Source: a virus (taxonomy: Duplodnaviria > Caudoviricetes). From it: 48,523 bases of DNA. Every line of letters begins with the position of its first letter. The stretch's first letter is position 1. The stretch is from positions 1-48,523 of the IMG/VR virus record IMGVR_UViG_3300044466_000011; one strand, given 5' to 3'. The position numbers and the translations under genes were made by a program. The notes under the pieces were generated by a model. It made no database searches. It was given only the letters and a program-made list of their open reading frames with translations, and was not told the DNA's origin. Below are positions 36,935 through 46,661 of the stretch, in pieces.

Positions 36935-38716
36935 ATGGCACGCAGCGCCCTCGGAGACGCCTACGCCGGCAGCGGCATCACCAAACGCAACCGCCTCGAG
37001 CAGATCAAGACGTCGCTCATGGAGGACCGCACCAGCTTCGACTCGCACTGGCGCGAGCTCGGCGACTGGATCATGCCGCGGCGCATTCGCTTCGTCTCGA
37101 GCGACCGCAACAAAGGCGACCGGCGCAACCAGAACATCATCGACAGCACCGCACGCTTCAGCGCTCGCACGCTCGCCTCCGGCCTGCACGCCGGGCTGAC
37201 GTCGCCGGCGCGGCCCTGGTTCAAGCTGACGACACCCGACCCGACGCTCGCGAGCTACAAGCCGGTCAAGGACTGGCTCTACAAAGTCACGCAGCGCATG
37301 TCGGTGCTCTTCACCGATTCGAACCTTTACAACTCGCTGCCGGTGGTCTATGGGGACCTGGGCACCTTCGGCACCGCGTGCATGTCGTTCCTGCCGGACA
37401 GCGTCGACCTGTTCCGGACCTACACCTATCCGATCGGCAGCTACTGGCTCGGGCTCGATAGCCGCAACCTGGTGTCGACGTTCGCGCGCGACTACGAGCT
37501 CTCGGTCCGCCAGGTGGTCGAGGAGTTCTGTCTCAAACCCGGCACCAACCAGATCGACTGGTCGGTGGTGTCCACAACGGTGAAGGCGCTATGGGACCGC
37601 GGAAACTATCAGGCAGCCGTCCCGCTGACGTGGATCGTGCTGCCCAACGACGACTACGACCCCGCCAGGCCGTTCAGCCAGTTCCTGCGGTTCAGCAGCT
37701 GCCACTACGAGCAGGGCGGCGAGTCGAGAGACGGCCGGTTCCTCCGGGAGAGCGGCTACCACTCGTTCCCGATCCTGGCTCCCCGCTGGGAGGTGAGCGG
37801 CGAGGACACCTACGGGGTGGACTGCCCCGGCATGACCGCCCTGGGCGACGTCAAGCAGCTGCAGTCGATGCAGCGCATGAAGGGCAAGGCCATCCACAAG
37901 GCCGTCGACCCACCCCTGGTGGGCCACCCCGAGCTCCGCGCGCAAAAGACAAGCCTCCTGCCCGGTGATATCACCTACCTGCGGGACGCGCAGCATGGGC
38001 TCCGCGCGATCCACGAGGTGGGCCTGAACATCGAGCACCTGTCGAACGATATCGGCCTGGTGCAGTATCGGATTCAGCGGGCCTACTTCGAGGACCTGTT
38101 CCTGATGATGGCGCGCAGCGACCAGATCCGCGAGAGCGGGCAACCGCTGACCGCGCGCGAAGTGCAGGAGCGCCACGAGGAGAAGCTGCTCGCTCTGGGC
38201 CCCGTGCTCGAGCGCACCAACGACGAGCTCCTGGACCCGATCGTCGATCGGGCCTACCAGATGATGGAGGACGCCGGCCTGTTCGACGACATGCCGCCGC
38301 CGGAGGAGCTCGAGGGCGTGAAGGTCAAGGTCGAATACATCTCGATCATGGCGAGCGCGCAGAAGCTGGTGGGCGTCACCGGGCACGATCGCTTCGTCGC
38401 GTCGGTGGTGCCGCTCGTCGAGGTGGCCCCCGGCATCCTGCACAAGGTCAACTTCAACAAGATCGTCGACGACTACGCCGAGATGCTCGGGACCGACCCG
38501 GAGATCGTGCGGACCGACGAGGAGGCCGCGCAGCTGGCGCAGGCGCAAGCGACCGAGCAGCAGGCCACCGCCATGGCGGAGCGCACGCAGATGCTCGCCG
38601 CGGCGTCTCGAGACGCTGCCGCGGCGCAGCAAGCCACGGGGGCGAGCGGCACGCCCCCACTCGACCAGGTGCTCGGTGCCGGCCAGAACAGCGTCGGCAG
38701 TCAGACGGTGATGTAG
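36935..38716 (+). CDS. Portal (head-tail connector), BPP-1/T7-type
   Basis: IIDSTA..LASGL..GLTSPARPWF, SNLY..DLGTFGT, ALGDVKQLQ, TAREV.ERHEEKLLALGPVLER. Confidence 0.95.
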   Translation: MARSALGDAYAGSGITKRNRLEQIKTSLMEDRTSFDSHWRELGDWIMPRRIRFVSSDRNKGDRRNQNIIDSTARFSARTLASGLHAGLTSPARPWFKLTTPDPTLASYKPVKDWLYKVTQRMSVLFTDSNLYNSLPVVYGDLGTFGTACMSFLPDSVDLFRTYTYPIGSYWLGLDSRNLVSTFARDYELSVRQVVEEFCLKPGTNQIDWSVVSTTVKALWDRGNYQAAVPLTWIVLPNDDYDPARPFSQFLRFSSCHYEQGGESRDGRFLRESGYHSFPILAPRWEVSGEDTYGVDCPGMTALGDVKQLQSMQRMKGKAIHKAVDPPLVGHPELRAQKTSLLPGDITYLRDAQHGLRAIHEVGLNIEHLSNDIGLVQYRIQRAYFEDLFLMMARSDQIRESGQPLTAREVQERHEEKLLALGPVLERTNDELLDPIVDRAYQMMEDAGLFDDMPPPEELEGVKVKVEYISIMASAQKLVGVTGHDRFVASVVPLVEVAPGILHKVNFNKIVDDYAEMLGTDPEIVRTDEEAAQLAQAQATEQQATAMAERTQMLAAASRDAAAAQQATGASGTPPLDQVLGAGQNSVGSQTVM

Positions 38717-38724
38717 GAGGCAGC

Positions 38725-39138
38725 ATGAAACGGTTGGCAGTCGCTCTCGCTCTCTCGATCGCGCTCGCGCCGGCGATCGGCCTCGCCCAGGCGCGCACGC
38801 AGTTCCCCTCCACGGTGATGCTCGACGCCGCGACGGCCACGAGCTCGAGCGCCAACTTCAAGCCGGCGACGGGCGTGCGCACGTTCCAGGCCTACGGCGC
38901 GACGAGCTCCGGCGCAGGCGCAGCGACGATCGTGATCGAGGTGTCGAACATCGAGGCGGCGGTCAACAGCACCAACGTCGACTGGATCACCGCCGGCACG
39001 ATCACGCTGACGCTCGCGACCACGCGCTCGAGCGACGGCTTCACGATGGACGCGCCCTGGCGCAACGTGCGGGCGCGCGTCACCGCGATCAGCGGCACCG
39101 GCGCTGCGGTGTCGGTCGTGATGGGGAACGCCCAGTGA
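38725..39138 (+). CDS. Beta-sandwich protein with Sec signal peptide, possible head decoration
   Basis: AGGAGG RBS; MKRLAVALALSIALAPAIGLAQA; IEVSN..W..WRNVRARVT. Confidence 0.7.
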   Translation: MKRLAVALALSIALAPAIGLAQARTQFPSTVMLDAATATSSSANFKPATGVRTFQAYGATSSGAGAATIVIEVSNIEAAVNSTNVDWITAGTITLTLATTRSSDGFTMDAPWRNVRARVTAISGTGAAVSVVMGNAQ

Positions 39139-39773
39139 CGCGCAAGACCGTCGACAAGCCCCTGGTCGCCCTCGCCTCGAGCGCGCTGCTCGCCTGGGCG
39201 CTCTGGGTCGGCGCGCTCGTCGCGCAGAGCACCGTCACCGTCAACCCGCGCATCACCGGCAACCAGGGCGGCGGCTCGGCCACCGTCGGCAGCGGTGGGG
39301 CCACGGCGCTGAACTGCGGCACGGTCACCGGCGCAACGCTGACGACCACCTCGACGTCGGTGCAGACGGGCGCGAACACCACCGAGACGGACCTGTGGAC
39401 CTACACGGTGCCGGCCGGCACGCTGAACGCCGACGGCCGCGGGTTCCGGGTGCACGTCGACGGCACGACCGCCGCGAACGCCAACAATAAGACCGTCCGG
39501 TTCTACATCGGCGCCAGCAACTCGGCATCCGTGCTCGGCGGCGCACCTAACGGCATCGCCTGGTGGGCCGACGTGCACATCACGCGCAACGCCGACAGCG
39601 GGCAGCGCACCATGCTGACCACCTTCTCGTCGGCCGCCACGTTCACCTTCAACACCAACACCACGACGCCAGGCAGCTGGAGCTCGCCGGTGCAGCTGAA
39701 GGTGACCGGACAGAACGGCACCGCGAGCGCCGGCGATATCGTGCTGCGCACCGTCATCGTGGAGTGCTTCTAG
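39135..39773 (+). CDS. Thr/Gly-rich beta protein with signal/TM segment, fibre-tip-like
   Basis: GTGA overlap; ETDL.TYTVPAGTL..G..AANANNKTVR..LKVTGQ. Confidence 0.7.
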   Translation: MTRKTVDKPLVALASSALLAWALWVGALVAQSTVTVNPRITGNQGGGSATVGSGGATALNCGTVTGATLTTTSTSVQTGANTTETDLWTYTVPAGTLNADGRGFRVHVDGTTAANANNKTVRFYIGASNSASVLGGAPNGIAWWADVHITRNADSGQRTMLTTFSSAATFTFNTNTTTPGSWSSPVQLKVTGQNGTASAGDIVLRTVIVECF

Positions 39774-40150
39774 TGAGCAACAGCCGGCGCGCTCTGCAGC
39801 GCAACGCCGCGGACCCGCGGCAGATCGCCTTCGCCGATCGCAAAGCGAAGCAGGCCGAGGAGCTCTTCCTCTCGAGCATTGCCGCGGTGATGGAGTCGAT
39901 CGAAGGGCGCGCCATGATCTGGGGCCTGCTCGAGCGCGCCGGCGTCTACCGCAGCATCTGGGATCCGTCCGCCAAGATTCACTACAACGCCGGCCGCCAG
40001 GACTTCGGGCACGAGCTCCTGGCGCTGGCGATCGAGCAGGGCGGCCGCAACTACCTGCTGATGGAGCAGGAGGCCCGACAGCGCGCCACGCGCGTCGATC
40101 GCGAAGCAGAGGCGGTCCAGGTGACCGCGGAGGCACAAGCCAATGACTGA
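39773..40150 (+). CDS. Bbp19-like head-module protein
   Basis: VM.S.EGR..IW.LLE.AGVY.S....YNAGRQDFG pattern, just before scaffold. Confidence 0.8.
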   Translation: MSNSRRALQRNAADPRQIAFADRKAKQAEELFLSSIAAVMESIEGRAMIWGLLERAGVYRSIWDPSAKIHYNAGRQDFGHELLALAIEQGGRNYLLMEQEARQRATRVDREAEAVQVTAEAQAND

Positions 40151-40853
40151 ACCAGCAAAGACCGGCACGGGCGCAGCAACCAGCGAAGCCCCCGCCGGCA
40201 GCACGAGCTCGACCACCCCCGAAACCAAAACCGGGGAGACGGCAGCGACGGGCGGCACCACCACCGAAACGAAAGCCGGTGAAGCACCTGCGGGTGAGAC
40301 AGCACCGAAGGCTGGCGACACGGGGAAAGCAGCGACCGAGGGCAAGGCCGGCGAAGCAACCACGCCGAAGGCCCCCGAGAAGTATGCGCTCACGGTGCCG
40401 GACGACATGAAGGCAGGCGTCGACGATCAGCTGCTCGGGCAGCTGGAGACGGTTGCCCGCGGTCAGGATATGTCGCAGGACGAGGCCCAGGCCTTTCTCG
40501 AGGACACGCTCGCGCGCATCAAGGTGCAGAGCGATGCGTGGGCCAACGAGACGAAGAGCGACAAAACCTACGGCGGCGACAAGCTCCCGGAGACGCAGCG
40601 CCTCGCGAAGCTGGCGATCGACAAGGTTCGCCCGGTCGGTCACCCGATGCGCGATGCGTTCAACAACTTCCTCGCCCGTGGGGGATCCGGCAATCACATC
40701 CAGGTCGTGTCCTTCCTGGCCGACCTGGGCCGCATGATGGGTGAAGACGCCGGGCCGGCCGGCCACAAGAGCAGCGCGGGAGCGCAGACCACCGCCGACA
40801 AGGCTGCGGTGATCTACGACCACCCCGACTCGGTGGCGGCCAACAAGGGCTGA
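40143..40853 (+). CDS. Capsid scaffolding protein
   Basis: T/A/G-rich N-terminus, APEKY, MSQDEAQ, G.GNH..V...LG.MMGED; precedes the capsid gene. Confidence 0.8.
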   Translation: MTEPAKTGTGAATSEAPAGSTSSTTPETKTGETAATGGTTTETKAGEAPAGETAPKAGDTGKAATEGKAGEATTPKAPEKYALTVPDDMKAGVDDQLLGQLETVARGQDMSQDEAQAFLEDTLARIKVQSDAWANETKSDKTYGGDKLPETQRLAKLAIDKVRPVGHPMRDAFNNFLARGGSGNHIQVVSFLADLGRMMGEDAGPAGHKSSAGAQTTADKAAVIYDHPDSVAANKG

Positions 40854-40876
40854 TCACCCGTTACTGGAGCGCGTAA

Positions 40877-41875
40877 ATGGCAACACTTTCGACTGGAGTT
40901 CTCACCCTGTTGGACTGGGCGAAGCGCCTGGATCCCCAGGGGAAGGTCCCCACGATCATCGAGATGCTCAAGCAGAGCAACGAGGTGCTCGAGGACATGC
41001 AGTGGCGCGAAGGCAACCTGCCGACCGGCCACCGCGTCACGATCCGCACGGGCCTGCCGACGGTCTACTGGCGCATGATCAACCAGGGCATCCCGCCCAG
41101 CAAGAGCTCGACGGCGCAGATCGACGAGCAGGCCGGCATGCTCGAGGCGTGGTCCGAGGTCGACAAGGACCTGGTGCTGCTCAACGGCAACGCCAGCGCG
41201 TTCCGCCTCTCGGAGGCCAGCGCGTTCCTGGAAGCCATGAACCAGGAGATGGCGTCGACGCTGTTCTACGGCAACGTCGGCATCGCGCTCGAGGAGTTCA
41301 CCGGCTTTGCGCCGCGCTACTCGGCGATCGCCACCGCGGCGAGCGGCGAGAACATCATCGACGCTGGCGGCACCGGCTCGGACAACACCAGCATCTGGCT
41401 CGTGGCCTGGGGTGAGCAGACCACGCACGGCATCTTCCCCAACGGGTCGAAGGCCGGGATCATCCACGAGGACTTCGGCGAGGTGACCGTCGAGGTGACC
41501 GCGGGCGTGGCGGGCAACCGCATGCGCGCGTTCCAGGAGCGCTACCAGTGGAAGGCCGGCTTGGTGGTGAAGGACTGGCGCTACGTGATCCGGATCGCCA
41601 ACATCGACGTCAGCGACCTGGCCGGCGGCTCGCCCGCGGACCTGATCGACGCGATGGAAGCGGCCGAGGAGATGATCCCCAACGAGCTCGGGCGCAAGGT
41701 GTTCTACATGAACCGGCGCGTGCGCCGCTACCTGCGGAAGCAGGAGCGCAGCGACGTCTCCGCCGGCGGTGGCACCACCTACGAGAACGTCGAGGGCAAG
41801 CCGACGCTGATGTTCGGCACCACCCCGATCCGGCGAGTGGACTCGATCCTCAACACCGAGGCGCGCGTCACGTAG
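40877..41875 (+). CDS. Major capsid protein (epsilon15 gp7 / BPP-1 Bbp17-like)
   Basis: TLLDWAKRLDP, EGNLPTGH..TIRTGLP, FLEAMNQ..FYG, TSIWLV.WG, DWRYVIRIANID. Confidence 0.95.
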   Translation: MATLSTGVLTLLDWAKRLDPQGKVPTIIEMLKQSNEVLEDMQWREGNLPTGHRVTIRTGLPTVYWRMINQGIPPSKSSTAQIDEQAGMLEAWSEVDKDLVLLNGNASAFRLSEASAFLEAMNQEMASTLFYGNVGIALEEFTGFAPRYSAIATAASGENIIDAGGTGSDNTSIWLVAWGEQTTHGIFPNGSKAGIIHEDFGEVTVEVTAGVAGNRMRAFQERYQWKAGLVVKDWRYVIRIANIDVSDLAGGSPADLIDAMEAAEEMIPNELGRKVFYMNRRVRRYLRKQERSDVSAGGGTTYENVEGKPTLMFGTTPIRRVDSILNTEARVT

Positions 41876-41909
41876 GCTTTTCGACCCTCTCCCGAGCGGG
41901 TCAGAAAGC
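41876..41909 (+). terminator. Hairpin after capsid gene (terminator or processing site)
   Basis: GCTTT..GACCC..GGGTC..AAAGC inverted repeat; no adjacent U-tract. Confidence 0.4.
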
Positions 41910-41945
41910 AAGCAGCGACAGCAACTTTTTGCGGAGGAGTTCACT

Positions 41946-42389
41946 ATGTTTCTTGATGCTCTGTTGACCGTGTCGGACGCGCAGGCGCTGACCGGCACCT
42001 CGGCGATCCTCAGCACCAACACGATCGACCTGGGGAACACCACACCGAAGCGCGATATCGGAGTCGGCACGCCGCTCCGCTTCTCGGTCGGCTTCGACGT
42101 CGCCATGGGCGGCACCACGCCGGCGATCACCATCGAGGTGGTCCAGTCGGCCAACGCAGACCTGAGCTCGTCGGACGTGATCGGCTCGAGCGGCTCGCAG
42201 TCCGCCGTCGCGGCCGGCAAGATCCACGAGATCAGCGTCGACCCTGGTCGCGTCACCAAGCGCTACCTCGGGCTCAAATACACCATGACGGGCACCTCGC
42301 CGACGGCGACGGTGACCGCGGCCCTGCAGCCGGCGCAACTGAGCTCGCAGGGCGTGCCGACGGCTTACGCGCGCGGCTACTCGGTCTAG
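41946..42389 (+). CDS. Capsid cement protein, Bbp16-like
   Basis: MFLDALL..SDAQA...STNTIDLG...RDIG.G..KRYLGLKYT. Confidence 0.88.
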   Translation: MFLDALLTVSDAQALTGTSAILSTNTIDLGNTTPKRDIGVGTPLRFSVGFDVAMGGTTPAITIEVVQSANADLSSSDVIGSSGSQSAVAAGKIHEISVDPGRVTKRYLGLKYTMTGTSPTATVTAALQPAQLSSQGVPTAYARGYSV

Positions 42390-42457
42390 GACCAGAGAGC
42401 CGGTCGTTCGTTCCCGTTCACTCGTTCACTTTGTGAGAGCTCGAGGAGATCAGCACC

Positions 42458-43141
42458 ATGGCAAAAACGAAAGGCACCAAGCGTCAGGCGACGACCCGCG
42501 ACGAGCGCGACGTGCGCTTGACCGCGGCCGAGCGTCGGAAGCGCGATGAGGCCGCGGCGCAGCAGGCCCAGGCGGAAGGCGAAGCCGCCGAAGCGGCGGC
42601 GGGCGGCAGCGACGAAGAGGTGGACAACGACCTGTTGCCCATCAATCACCAGACGATCATGGACCACCGTGACGTCGAAGCGGGACGGCTTCCTCCGGAG
42701 GCCACCCCGCGCGAAGGCCGCACGTCACCGGCTCCCCCGATCGGCCCTGGCAAGAGCGATCGGACCCGTGTCGGCCGCGGCCCCAACAACGACCTGCCGG
42801 ACAGCGACCGGGCGGAGCGCTCGCCGCGCACGCGCCGCCGCCGTCTCGTGCAGGCCACGCAGCTGGGCTACTACGCGCACGCGCGCCGGCGGCCCGGTGA
42901 CGTCTTCGAGATCGAGTTCGACGAGGAGTTCTCGGAGCGGTGGATGCGGGACGCCCCTCGCGGCTCGCAGCTGCACACCACCGGAGCCAACGAAGCGATC
43001 CGTCAGTCCAACCGTGCGACCCGCGACCTGCGTGCAGGCGTGGGTGCCTTCCCCACCGCCCCGAATGCGGCCCCGCCGACCAACGTGGCGGCGACCAGGG
43101 GTGTCGACCAGGCCGTCGAGGCCGACCCGCTGAACGACTAG
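42458..43141 (+). CDS. Hypothetical head/tail-module protein, largely disordered
   Basis: GAGGAG RBS; VQATQLGYY...RRPGDVF..FS.RWM core. Confidence 0.7.
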   Translation: MAKTKGTKRQATTRDERDVRLTAAERRKRDEAAAQQAQAEGEAAEAAAGGSDEEVDNDLLPINHQTIMDHRDVEAGRLPPEATPREGRTSPAPPIGPGKSDRTRVGRGPNNDLPDSDRAERSPRTRRRRLVQATQLGYYAHARRRPGDVFEIEFDEEFSERWMRDAPRGSQLHTTGANEAIRQSNRATRDLRAGVGAFPTAPNAAPPTNVAATRGVDQAVEADPLND

Positions 43142-43202
43142 CGGGCGTTCACCAGGGCCGCCGGACACCATGCCGGCGGCCCGTCTTTCAGGCGGGGGCG
43201 CG

Positions 43203-46200
43203 GTGGCAATCTTCGACGCAAACAGAGTCCAGAACCTTACCTTCTACATCGTCCTGGACGATGCGGAGCGGGTCGCCGAGCTCAATGCCGCGCACCCGGA
43301 GGGCATCAACCTTCCGCCCTACATTGCCGGCCCGCCCGAGAGCGGCGCGTCGATCGACTACGAGGCCCCGTGGATCGGCCTGGCGTCCCCAGGGGCGCAC
43401 CTGCCGCCCTACTCCTACACCGACTGGCCGAGCTCCCCGAGCAAGCCCTTCCCGACGGACGTGCACACGTTCTCGAGGCACACGGGCGGCTTCCTGGGCA
43501 TCGGCGGCACGACGGTCCGCTACTACTGGATCGCGAAGTTCGTCTACATGCCCAACGCGAACGTGGGCAGCGACGAGGCCGGCGTGCCCTCCTGGGCTCC
43601 GACCCCGAAGAAGCTGTTCCTCGAGGGCTTCGAGACGCCTGGTCGGATCGCCACCGTCGGCAACGTCGGCGAGTATTGCCTCACCGATGCCAGCCGGCAC
43701 GTCGGCGGCCGCGGCCTGGCGGTGCGCGGGCAGAACAATGCGAGCTACTCGATCGCGCCGACGGCCCACGGCGTCACGCCGTTCGACGTCAAGGAGCAAT
43801 GGGAGCGGCTCTACATCCGGCTGCGCAAGCTGCCGACCGCGACCAGCTACTTCTGGCGCTACACGACCACGCCGTCGGCCGGTGTCGGGCACGCGCTCGG
43901 CATCACCGCGAGCGGCGGCATAGCGCTCTTCAGCAGCAACTCGAGCACCGTCTACTCGCTGGTCACCGTGATCCCCGGCTTCGAGCTCGAGGTGTGGAAC
44001 GGCAAGGCCAGCCACGACGTGTGGTGCAAGGTCGATATCGTCTACAAGGTCGGCTCGGGCGGCACGATCCGGCTGTATCTGAACGGCGAGCTCAAATACA
44101 CCGGCACCCAGCCGGCCGGCCCGACCGCGATCACCTCGAGCATCGTCGGCGCGCCCAACGTCAGCGCCAACGACCTGGAGCTCGACATTGACGACTGGAG
44201 CGCCGCCAACTGGCCGCGGAAGGGCGGCGACTTCTACGTCAGCAAGGACTTCCTCAACGGCACCAAGATCGCCCTGATCCGCCCGCGCGAGTTCAGCGGC
44301 GGCAGCGGCTGGACCGGCAACGTGCGGGTGCTCTGCCAGAATGCCTTCGGCTTCACCCCCTCCGAGCTCACGAGCTCGACGAGCGGCGCGGTGGTCCAGG
44401 TGGACTGCGACGACGCCGAGGTGATCGAGAACGACCCCGGCGCGGCCGGCTTCGGCTGCACCGCCATCCAGGTGCAGGCCTACAGCAAGCGCGGGGGCGC
44501 GCCGTCGGGCTCCCTGGGCTACAACATCAACGGGGCCGGCGCGGTCGACGTGGCGGTCACCCAGGCCGCCTCCCTAGGCGGCACCGCGATCGTCTACTCG
44601 ACCGAGACGGCGGAGGACGACGACGCCTTCGAGGACGTCACCCCGATCCTGCTCCGGCACACCAAGGCGGCGGACGCCACCGCGGCGACGATCGCCTCGT
44701 TGAACGCCAGCGTCGAGCTCGTGGGCAAGTTCACGACGTGCGACTACCGCGACGACGAGCAGGAGGCGCTCGGCACCGACCCCAGCGCCAACATGAACCT
44801 GGGGACCGGGCCGCATAACACGCCCTACCCGCGCACGCCCTGGGCCCGCCGCGGGCTCGCGCCGCCGATCGGCACGTTCATCGTCAAGGCCGGCACCTAC
44901 ACCGGCAACGGCACCGGCCAGGACCTGACGTTCCTGCAGCCGGTGCACTGGCTCTGGATCCGCCCGACGTCGGGGGCATTCGGCGGCGGCACCTTCTGGC
45001 TGGCCGCCGGCCTGGGCTCGCACACCGCGCTGCAGACGGGGCTGTTCCCCGGCATCGCGCACGCCGAGGCCGACCCCGCCTTCGTGCCGGCCGACGGCGA
45101 GAACACCGCGCAGTTCCAGTTCCGCGTGCGCATCGCCGGCAGCGACCAGGAGGTGAACGCCAACACGGTGGTCTACCAATACGTCGCGGTCAGCGACCCG
45201 TCGATGCGGTTCCTGATCACCGGCACGCTGGCGCACAAGGACACCGAGACGGCGATCAACAACCCGCTGCCGGTCGAGGACTTCGTCCCGCAGTTCATGC
45301 ACCTGATCGCCGAGGGCACGACGGCGGTCACCACCAAGCGGCTCTATCTGAAGGGCCCCGCCCAGGCCGCGGCCGCCATCACCAACTTCTCGCCGGCCGC
45401 GCCGCTCTCGGCGGTCACCTTCGGCACCGGCGGCTTCACGTCCGATGCCCCGCTGCACGCCCTGACGACGTCCCAGGCCTACGCGGTCTGGCGCAGGAGC
45501 GACGGCCTGAGCTCGCCGACCGAGGCCGCGGTGGTGGCGTTTGGCAGCTACACGGGGGACGGCAGCGCGAGCCGCACGATCGGGATCACGCCTGCGCCTG
45601 GCCGCCGGCCGGTGTTCGTCCAGGTCTACGCGGAGACGACGAGCTCGGGCGCGACCCGCGACCCGTCGCACACCGGCAGCAACTCGGCGACCCACACCGG
45701 CGCGAACACCACCACGGGGATCACCACCGGCCAGGTGGACGGCTTCAGCGTCGGCGCGCTGCTCAACAGCAGCGGCGTGAACTACGGATGGTTCGCGCTG
45801 TTCGCGATCGAGGGCTGCACCGGCAACAACGGCTGGGGCTGCAACGGCGAGAACATCCCGACCGAGCCGGAGTCACCGGGCGGCACGGGCCCCTGGCCGA
45901 CCAACCCCGGCGAGCCGGAGGAGCCGGAGGAGCCGGACGACGACGGCAGCGAAGGGTTCCCCGGCGGCGACCCCGGCGACGAGCCGGACTTCTCGGACCT
46001 GTGCGCGCCCTGGACGACGCACCTGGTGAACGTCGCGCTGTCGCGCATCGGCATCGGCAAGCAGATCTCCGATATCGCGACCGACGTCAGCGAGGAGGCC
46101 TACAAGGCGCGGCTCAACTTCCGGGTGGTGGTGGAGGCGGTGCTGCGCGACTTCCCCTGGGCGTTCGCCACGCGCTACGCCGACCTGGTGCTCGTCGACG

Positions 46201-46661
46201 GCGCGGAGGACGACTGGGTCAACAAGGACTGGAAGTATGCCTACCGCGCGCCGACCAACATGGTGCGCGCGCGCCGCATCGTCAGCCAGGAGCTCGAGCA
46301 GCGCGGGCCCGACCCCGATCCGCCCCAGTTCCGCATCGGCACCGACTCGACGGGGTATCTGATCTACACCAACGTGCCGATCACCGCGGCCGACGCGAAC
46401 GGCCTGGGCGCGATCCCCGTGCAGCTGGAATACACCGCGCGCATGGCGTGCCCGGCGCAGCAGGGCGACCCGCTCTTCCGCGAGGCGCTGATCTGGCGCG
46501 TGGCAGAGAACCTGGCGCTGCCGCTGGCGCGCGACACCGAGAAGGCGAAATATTGCCGCGCGCAGTATGAGGCCGCGATCCTGGCGGCCAAGGAGGTGGT
46601 CGCGAACGAGGAGCAGAAGACGCTCGAGACGTCCGACGCACCCTGGATCCGCGAGCGATGA
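43203..46661 (+). CDS. Fibre/receptor-binding-like region fused to C-terminal tail tubular protein A (adaptor)
   Basis: LamG-like IRLYLNG..IDD, two G.YTG.G repeats, EPE acidic linker, then VNVALSRIG..VLRDFPWAFA..WKYAY..P; start GTG 43203 or ATG 43170. Confidence 0.82.
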   Translation: MAIFDANRVQNLTFYIVLDDAERVAELNAAHPEGINLPPYIAGPPESGASIDYEAPWIGLASPGAHLPPYSYTDWPSSPSKPFPTDVHTFSRHTGGFLGIGGTTVRYYWIAKFVYMPNANVGSDEAGVPSWAPTPKKLFLEGFETPGRIATVGNVGEYCLTDASRHVGGRGLAVRGQNNASYSIAPTAHGVTPFDVKEQWERLYIRLRKLPTATSYFWRYTTTPSAGVGHALGITASGGIALFSSNSSTVYSLVTVIPGFELEVWNGKASHDVWCKVDIVYKVGSGGTIRLYLNGELKYTGTQPAGPTAITSSIVGAPNVSANDLELDIDDWSAANWPRKGGDFYVSKDFLNGTKIALIRPREFSGGSGWTGNVRVLCQNAFGFTPSELTSSTSGAVVQVDCDDAEVIENDPGAAGFGCTAIQVQAYSKRGGAPSGSLGYNINGAGAVDVAVTQAASLGGTAIVYSTETAEDDDAFEDVTPILLRHTKAADATAATIASLNASVELVGKFTTCDYRDDEQEALGTDPSANMNLGTGPHNTPYPRTPWARRGLAPPIGTFIVKAGTYTGNGTGQDLTFLQPVHWLWIRPTSGAFGGGTFWLAAGLGSHTALQTGLFPGIAHAEADPAFVPADGENTAQFQFRVRIAGSDQEVNANTVVYQYVAVSDPSMRFLITGTLAHKDTETAINNPLPVEDFVPQFMHLIAEGTTAVTTKRLYLKGPAQAAAAITNFSPAAPLSAVTFGTGGFTSDAPLHALTTSQAYAVWRRSDGLSSPTEAAVVAFGSYTGDGSASRTIGITPAPGRRPVFVQVYAETTSSGATRDPSHTGSNSATHTGANTTTGITTGQVDGFSVGALLNSSGVNYGWFALFAIEGCTGNNGWGCNGENIPTEPESPGGTGPWPTNPGEPEEPEEPDDDGSEGFPGGDPGDEPDFSDLCAPWTTHLVNVALSRIGIGKQISDIATDVSEEAYKARLNFRVVVEAVLRDFPWAFATRYADLVLVDGAEDDWVNKDWKYAYRAPTNMVRARRIVSQELEQRGPDPDPPQFRIGTDSTGYLIYTNVPITAADANGLGAIPVQLEYTARMACPAQQGDPLFREALIWRVAENLALPLARDTEKAKYCRAQYEAAILAAKEVVANEEQKTLETSDAPWIRER

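Noticed and set aside
42402-42430. GTTC repeats as a GTTC-N7-GTTC LexA box
   Set aside because: GTTC starts at 42406, 42410, 42416 and 42424; no pair is 11 nt apart
36935-46661. BPP-1-type diversity-generating retroelement
   Set aside because: Structural genes are BPP-1-like, but no reverse transcriptase, avd or TR/VR repeat pair was seen
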